DNA of 64,000 bases from Macrostomum lignano (Eukaryota): NCBI GenBank assembly GCA_002269645.1, contig NIVC01000244.1, positions 142,484 to 206,483 of the forward strand. The letters run 5' to 3'. Below are positions 57,254 to 64,000 of this stretch, in pieces; position 1 is the stretch's first letter; each line of letters starts with the position of its first letter. The position numbers were made by a program, and so were the translations under genes. The notes beneath the pieces are model-generated. The model searched no databases. It was given only the letters and a program-made list of their open reading frames with translations, and was not told the DNA's origin.

Positions 57254-58717
57254 TTAAAGCTTGGGCAGCAGCACCCAGCCCATCTGCTGGCTGAGCAGGC
57301 CGCGGCATTTGCCAATCCGGCCGGGGCTGATCGCTCGCAGGATGCAGAAATTTCTGGCGGCGCTGAATTTCCTAGACGGCAGCTCGGAGCGAATCTCGAT
57401 GTCGCAGCAGCTGATGCTGGAGATCTTGCGGATTCGCCGATCGCACGGGTCGCAGATCAGCCGTTCGAGCTGTTCGATAGTCTGGTTCACAATCTGGAAG
57501 GTGTGGCACACCTGGGCCGGCGCTGGCTCCTCACGTAGTCCGAAATCGGTGATTCCCTGCTGCCCGCTTGTTGCCATAGTGATTGGAGTGGCTTCGCTGG
57601 GTGAGCCGCTCGACCTGCTGCTCCGAGTGGCCGGCGAGTGAGCCGCCCGCTTGTCGGTCTGCTGCTCGGCCGGTTGCTGCTCAGCTGAGTCGTCGAGCAG
57701 GAGGCCGTCGATGAGGTTGAAGACCCCCTGGCAGTGCGGGCAGGACATGCGGATTCGCTCGATGGCTGTCAACTCGTCTTCGCCCAGAGTCTTCGACTCT
57801 GAAATGCTTGCTTGAGCCTGCTGAGTCTGCTGCTGAGTCTGCTGCTGAGTCTGCTGCTGAGTCTGCTGCTGAGTCTGCTGCTGAGTCTGCTGCTGAGTTT
57901 GATGTTGAGCCTGATGCTGAGTCTGCTGCTGAGTCTGCTGCTGCTGCCGCTGTTGTGTTGGATGCAGCCCTCCTTGAGCATTGGTAAAGTACCTATGTAG
58001 TTAAAATTAGTTTATAGAATATGCTTTATTATAATATCGATTTTGCAGCAACGGATGAAGACGTCACTTTTGACCCAACGGGTGCTTTCGGCGTCTGAGT
58101 GTCTATTCCGAAAGAATGAAGTGAAAGTCTAGTTCTATGATTATGAAAAACCCATTTGGACACTTTCTATATCACAACGATCCCAACTCGAAGCAACAGC
58201 ATACTAGAGAGACAGAATCTCAACCATACCATTTTGACAAAATCCTCACTTGATAAAGCATATCCCTGTAAATGGGAACATTAAAGTTTGACGAACAATG
58301 GCAGAATGCAAATCGTCTAAGTTAATGAAGGAAACTAATGTTGTCAAATAATTACTTAATTATTACTAGGGCACTGAGAAACCAACAAATAAACAATCAC
58401 AAGAGAGCTGTGGACACCCTGGTGCAATGCCTTCGGCGACACCGTCCATATTCTGCTCATTCCGCTGAGTCCTGAGCACAATACAAGAGCGCCAATACTG
58501 TACTCAGGCACAGCACTCACACACAGCTCACACAGGGTGTACAGCGGCCCTCTGACTGTCTAATCGTCAGGCATGAACACTCTCTGGGCCAATTTTTCAT
58601 GCACAACCCCCATACATGTAGAAGATATCCAACGCACCTTGATTGATGATGCTGGGCCAGAGCAGATTGGTTGTTGATTTGGCCCAAAGCCGCTTTCCTC
58701 ATATCGGCGCTGCTCAT
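57254..58717 (-). CDS. Orphan Gln-rich protein, ~272 aa, with CxxC and a Cys-rich C-terminal region
   Basis: Exons 58717-58638 (donor gtgcgt) and 57992-57254 join in phase 2 (819 nt): MSSADMRK...QSR|YFTNAQ...(QQTQ)n...RMSCPHCQGVF...LICDPCDRRIRKISSISCC...GWVLLPKL*. The true start may lie further upstream. Confidence 0.6.
58410..58590 (-). mobile_element. SINE-family fragment (copy 3 of 3) in gene G intron
   Basis: ctgctcattccgctgagtcctgagcacaatacaag...ctcacacagggtgtacagcggccct. Confidence 0.7.
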
Positions 58718-59582
58718 ATTTTGTTAGCCTCCTTTTTTTAACCAAGGAGCAGCTCTTGTTTTCAGTAAGCTTTGATATTTCTCATCGATGTTTATTCTTA
58801 CATGGACGAGCTGCGAGCCAAGAAAGCGACTTGAGCCATAGACAATAGGAGTGCTAGTTTTTTTACTTATTTATATAATTTGGTCTACTAACAGTAGAAT
58901 GAAATGCAACTAACTTATCCGGAAAAACTTGTCTTGGAATATAGCTCCGGTGCTTACATCGATATTGAAATGCTTTAAAACAACATTTTAAAGGCCAATT
59001 CGAGAAAATTTGCAAAGTTAAGCGCGTGGTAGAGCTTTCTTATTCATTATATTTCACTAGATTCAAATACTGAGCAGAAAAACTTTACTAAACAACTGGA
59101 AAATAGAATAGAAAAGCCCACAAGAGGGTTTGCAGTGAGTAAGATAACTATTCAGACAGCTCTTGATCAGAATGGCAATCATTTAATCAAAGACCACAAG
59201 TATAAAGTGGACTGAGCACTTCGAAATTCAGAAAAACTCATTAGCATGTGTATGATTAAAAATACATTTAAAAAGTTTGTTGCTGAACATTATGTCACGG
59301 ATTACAGGTGAAAACATCTAAAAAATTCTATATTCATATTATACATGCATAATAATTTTTCAAGCAAAATTTTAAAAAGAGTGATTACGCATTGGGCATT
59401 ACTGTCAGTAGCTACGCAACTAACAAAGTAAAAATTTCAAAATAACAAGTAACGATTTAAGCGAGATGTAAAGTCCGCAGTCAAGGCTCATCATGTATGC
59501 TAATAAAAAATTCGCTACTGAAAGTAGCCTATGGGCGCATGATTCAAAGCAACCGAAATCAACAGCTTTCAAGCTGTGAATT

Positions 59583-62500
59583 CTACTCGTATCTGGCCGA
59601 CGCGTCATCAAAAACCTCGTCCAGAATCTTGGTGTCGTGTCGGATTTTCTGTTTGAGATCGCTTCTCATTCGTCGCGAGTAGACAGCGTACACCTGGGCG
59701 AGTAGGGTGATTCGATTATGATGAAGCGGCAATTTATTGTACATTAGAAATTTATTAATAAAGCTGCATTTATATCACCGGCTTTGAGGTTTGAAGTTCA
59801 TGAAGTCTGAGGGACATGCAGTTTGAGGATTATGAAGTTTGAGGGACATGAAGTTTGAGGGACATGAAGTTTGAGGGACATGAAGTTTGAGGGATATGAA
59901 GTTTGAGGGACATGAAGTTTGAGGGACATGAAGTCAGGCGATTACTAGTCAAATATCAAATATTTTTGGAGGCTGCATAGCATATTTTTGGCTGAGTAGT
60001 CACGAATACGAGTGTCAGCATTTAATACATAGATTAACCGCAGATAAACTTACAATAATGAAGATGACGAGAAGCAGTAAGAAGCCGCCGCCCAAACAGC
60101 AGACCAGCACAATAAGGGTCAGATAGCTGGGACTGCTGCCGCCGCCGCCGCCGCCGACACCGCCGCCACCAGGCTGCTGCTGAGTCGTGGAAGCCAGCGG
60201 TGCCGTCGACATTTTGGTTGCAGAAGTTGAAGTCGGACTCGGCGTGGACAAATCTGCGGATTTTTGGGATGGAAACAGTTTGTTAAAAAGAACAGCTGGA
60301 CAGAGGAGCAAAGTATCTCGACTCCGTCTGCGGCCATATTAACTTGGGTCTCGTGTGCGAAAACTGACTTAGGTTAGGTCTTGTCGTGCAATTCTCACCC
60401 ACGAGGGCCAACCCCAAGGCTCAGTATGTACATGCTTGACGATGAGAAAGTCAGGGCCGCTGTACAGCCTGTGTGTGTGTGTGTGTGTGTGTGTGCTCAA
60501 GAATCTGCTGCCAGCAGGTCGACTGTCGCCTTTATTTGCATCATCGCCCAAAGCTTGCAGAGATCGGCAGGCTGATTCATACTGCCAGGCCAGGGCATCG
60601 TCCACAAGCCAGGATTCTGCTTTTGAACCGACCAAAAACATTACCGCTTTGCCTATACTATCCTACCAGCCTGTGTGTAGATAATTAGCTCTTGTAACGA
60701 ATGAAGAGTACTGTTGCACTTTACTAAACTGCATAGTTCAATAAATTTGCAATTTATTGATTTCCAAACGTTGTGCTTCATACAGTTCTTACCTGGCGAG
60801 CCAACACTATCGATAACAATGCCTCCAAGCTCCATAGTGCTGAGACCTTTTTGCAATAAGCTGAGCAGGGTCGCCGCCGTGTTGGTGGGGCTGTCCCGGA
60901 CAACAAGATAAAAGGTTGCCTTGACGCTGCCCTCAGCAAAAACGATGTTAACCACATCCTGCAGCTCTAAATAGAGATCAGTCTGTCTAGCTGCTGCCAT
61001 TATGGTCTCAACGAGATAGTTCGACAGCTGCTTGTATCGCCAAGTACCTGCGTTTAGATATTCGTTGAACCATTGCATATTGGCGAAACGCAGGCTCATT
61101 TTTATGGCCTTTACTCGCGGAAACACTGGCTGGTAATTTGTTGGACAAATGCACGCAGTTGTCGCGCTGGGGACTGTAGTCGTAGTCATGGTTGTTGTTG
61201 AAGTTGTAGTCGGAGTAGTTGTAGTTGTTGTTGGTGTAGTAGTTGTTGTGGGTGTGGTGGTAGTTGTTGTGGGTGTGGTGGTAGTTGTTGTGGGTGTGGT
61301 GATAGTTGTTGTGGGTGTGGTGGTAGTTGTTGTGGGTGTGGTGGTAGTTGTTGTGGGTGTGGTGGTAGTTGTTGTGGGTGTGGTGGTAGTTGTTGTGGGT
61401 GTGGTGGTAGTTGTTGTGGGTGTGGTGGTAGTTGTTGTGGGTGTGGTGGTAGTTGTTGTGGGTGTGGTGGTAGTTGTTGTGGGTGTGGTGGTAGTTGTTG
61501 TGGGTGTGGTGGTAGTTGTTGATGTTGTAGTACTACTTTTAGTCGATGATGTACTGCCTGTTGTTGGTGTTACTAGGGTAGTTTTAGTCGAAGTTGTAGT
61601 CGGTGTAGTTGTACTTTTCGTAGTTGTAGGCGTTGTAGTTGCAGTTGTAGTCGTTGTTGTGGTACTTGTGACGCACACGGGATTAATCGGCGCAAAGCAG
61701 CCTACGATTTCTAAATAAGTTTCAAAATTTGATTTCGACTCTGCGTACGACTTCAGCGCTCTTGGGGTGACAGTAAACTCGGCCACTTGAAAACCAATGG
61801 TGTAGCACAGATCCCTGCCAAAGACATCATTTGACAGAGACAGAGACGATGTAAGGGTTTGGAACAGGACTGTCTGTCTGTACTGAATCGTAGCTTCCTT
61901 GATGTTTCCTGATAGACAGATCTAAAAAGAATCGTTTGGATTCGAGCAGTCTTGAGAATAAAACCCTTGTTTTCTATAAAAAGTTCGCATTGTTGCACGA
62001 AAAACTCTAGGGAATTACCCGATCAACGTAGATAGCGGATCTGCAGTTTCTAGCTGTGAGGTCGATCGCTAGCCGACCGCCGCCCGTCGTGCTAATGCTA
62101 AAGCCTATGGCGTCGTTGTATGCATCGTGGCCAGATATGAACTGCATTGGTAGATACTCCAGCCGGGATAGTGCGTTTACCAATGGGCAGACTGAAAATT
62201 TGTTGAAGAAGGGCGCCCTGAGTTTTCGCAATTGAAAATGTTTAATGGGTCACTACTTTGAAGATAATAATTGAACAGCTGATCTCGCGGTCACCTGGCA
62301 GGCGACTTGCTAAAGGTTGAATTGTTAAGGTTCAAGGCCATCTGTTTTAAGCAAGTCTTATCTGCTAGCTAAAAAATCTACGAGCGTATCTTCTTTCACC
62401 TTCCGTCACCCTAACATTCCCATTTTGGTTCCGATGGCCCTCTGCAGCTCAGAATGCCAGAGGTTGTACAAACGTTAAATTCAATTTTTTCTTACAAGTA

Positions 62501-64000
62501 GAAGTGAAAGTGGTTGTTGTTGGCGTTGTTTGAGTCGTAGTCTGAGTTGTAGTGGTAGTTGAAGTTGTTGGCGGTAGACAGACAGGTAAGGGACTAAAGC
62601 AGCCGTTTATTGAAAGGTAGAACTGAAACACCGTAGTAGAGTTATCTGACGATTTCGGCTCCCCAGGTGCAATAATGACAGTGTGCACGTCGAAGTTGAA
62701 GGTGTAACACAGCACTCCCGGCGTGTCAAGTGTGGCAGTCTCAGATTCTTTTAGCAAGGAAAATCCACCAGTCAACGCCATCCTGTAGTACAAATTTGAC
62801 TGCTTCACATTGCCGCCCGTCATGCAGACCTGAAATGTTTAACGAATTGTTTTGATTATTAGCGTCCCAGAATGAAGTTTATGGAAAACATGATCGAAAC
62901 TCACCGAGAAAACGTAGGTCGGCGCTCGACAGCCGTTAGCTGTCAAGTCTACTGTCAGGAATTTGCCTCTGGCAACGCTGTAGCCAGTGATAGGCGAATA
63001 AGTTCCACCCGTGATCGCCCAGGTCGGCAGATAGGCAGTTGATGATAGAACATTTTCTGACGGGCAACCTATCGGTGGACGAAAGGTTTTAGATAGGCTC
63101 TACGTGGAGTTGAAAAAAACAGTTTATATGTAAGCAGCAAAACAATAATCCTGGCCTTACGTGTCGGAACGGGAGTGGTAGTAGTAGTCGAAGTAGTAGT
63201 TGTAGGTGTTTTAGTAGTACTAGGTGTTTTCGTGGTAGTAGTAGTCGCAGTCGAGGTTGAAGTGGCAGTTGTTGGTGTTGTAGTTGTACTTGTTGTCGTC
63301 GGTGTTGTGGCAGTAGACGTCATAGTGGTACTAGTGCTAGTGCTAGCAGTGCTAGTGGTTGGTGTAGCGGTCGATGTTGATGTGGTTGGAATTTTAGTAG
63401 TTGTCGTAGTTGTAGTCGGTGTAGTTGTCATTGAAGTGGTCGGAGTAGTTGGAGTTGTAGTCGTACTGGTGCTAGTTGTGGTTGATGTAGACGGGACCAA
63501 ACAAGCACTGGGAAGTGGCGTGAAGCAGGCATCAATCCGAACAAAGAAAGCATAGTTGGTTTGTCCACGCGAGGCAGTTTTTAAAAGCAGCGGCGCAACG
63601 CCAATCCTTGCCAAAGATCGGCGCGGGTTGTAGCAAACCGGCATGTTGCTGTCTGACTCGATCATCGGGGAGTTAATGTCAATTTTCAAGTCTGAGCCGA
63701 CGGTGTCAGCGTAGAACATATTAGCAGCTCTAACGTTACCGGAAACGCACACCTAAAATCGAGTTCGATTTTATACAATTATGAATGTTCTGCGATCACC
63801 AAATACGACTAGCTCCATGTACGTTTGTTGATTTAGCCAAAAACAACTTACCCTTTCAACAAATATTGGAGGCCTGCACGAAAAAACAGTAAGATCAACT
63901 ATCAGCGCTCCGGATGCGCCGACAGTCATTATATATCCGGAGAATGTATCGTATCTGGCTCCAGTGACGGCAAATGATGGGATCAATGCGTTCTGACTAA
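59583..64000 (-). CDS. 3' part of a type I transmembrane mucin: at least 3 discoidin(F5/8C)-like repeats, Thr-rich stalks, SEA domain, TM, short tail
   Basis: Exons >64000-63852, 63752-63161, 63068-62905, 62829-62496, 62191-62019, 61921-60793, 60253(or 60295)-60054, 59693-59583(TAG); all phases join. SEA: MSLRFANMQW...FAEGSVKATFYL. TM: YLTLIVLVCCLGGGFLLLLVIFIIVYAVY. Tail ends DDASARYE*. Confidence 0.85.
59820..59935. repeat. 16-bp repeat (gaagtttgagggacat) x~7
   Basis: Direct repeats in the last intron of the mucin gene. Confidence 0.85.

Noticed and set aside
57769-58000. SSRL-repeat and poly-Leu ORFs
   Set aside because: Wrong frames of the 12-bp repeat; the third minus-strand frame (QQTQ) is continuous with the 57254-57772 ORF.
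61149-63555. Val-rich + strand ORFs
   Set aside because: Antisense shadows of the Thr-rich mucin stalks.

Overview
Eukaryotic (metazoan) genomic DNA, not prokaryotic. GC-rich, low-complexity exons sit in AT-rich DNA crowded with locus-private minisatellites. The style suggests a flatworm such as Macrostomum, but that is inference only. I reconstructed eight spliced genes by hand from GT..AG sites with consistent reading-frame phase. (A) The 3' part of a Pro/Ser-rich adaptor-like protein (+, ~2.1-5.2 kb). (B) A single-pass membrane orphan (+, 9.4-12.4 kb). (C) A 764-aa protein with two ZSWIM3-N/FAR1-type (MULE-transposase-like, WRKY-fold) zinc domains plus ankyrin repeats (-, 23.1-14.3 kb); this is the most unusual item. 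(D) A 26/29-kDa-type cathepsin L-like protease (-). (E) Nucleoporin NDC1 (-). (F) An alpha-carbonic anhydrase (+). (G) A Gln-rich orphan (-). (H) The 3' part of a transmembrane SEA-domain mucin with repeated discoidin-like domains (-). Around them are about 20 tandem arrays (including a ~4-kb pure-purine tract), hAT-type MITEs, tRNA-derived SINEs, LINE and mariner fragments, and a perfect 102-bp inverted repeat. All very long ORFs in the supplied track that lie over tandem repeats are treated as artefacts.
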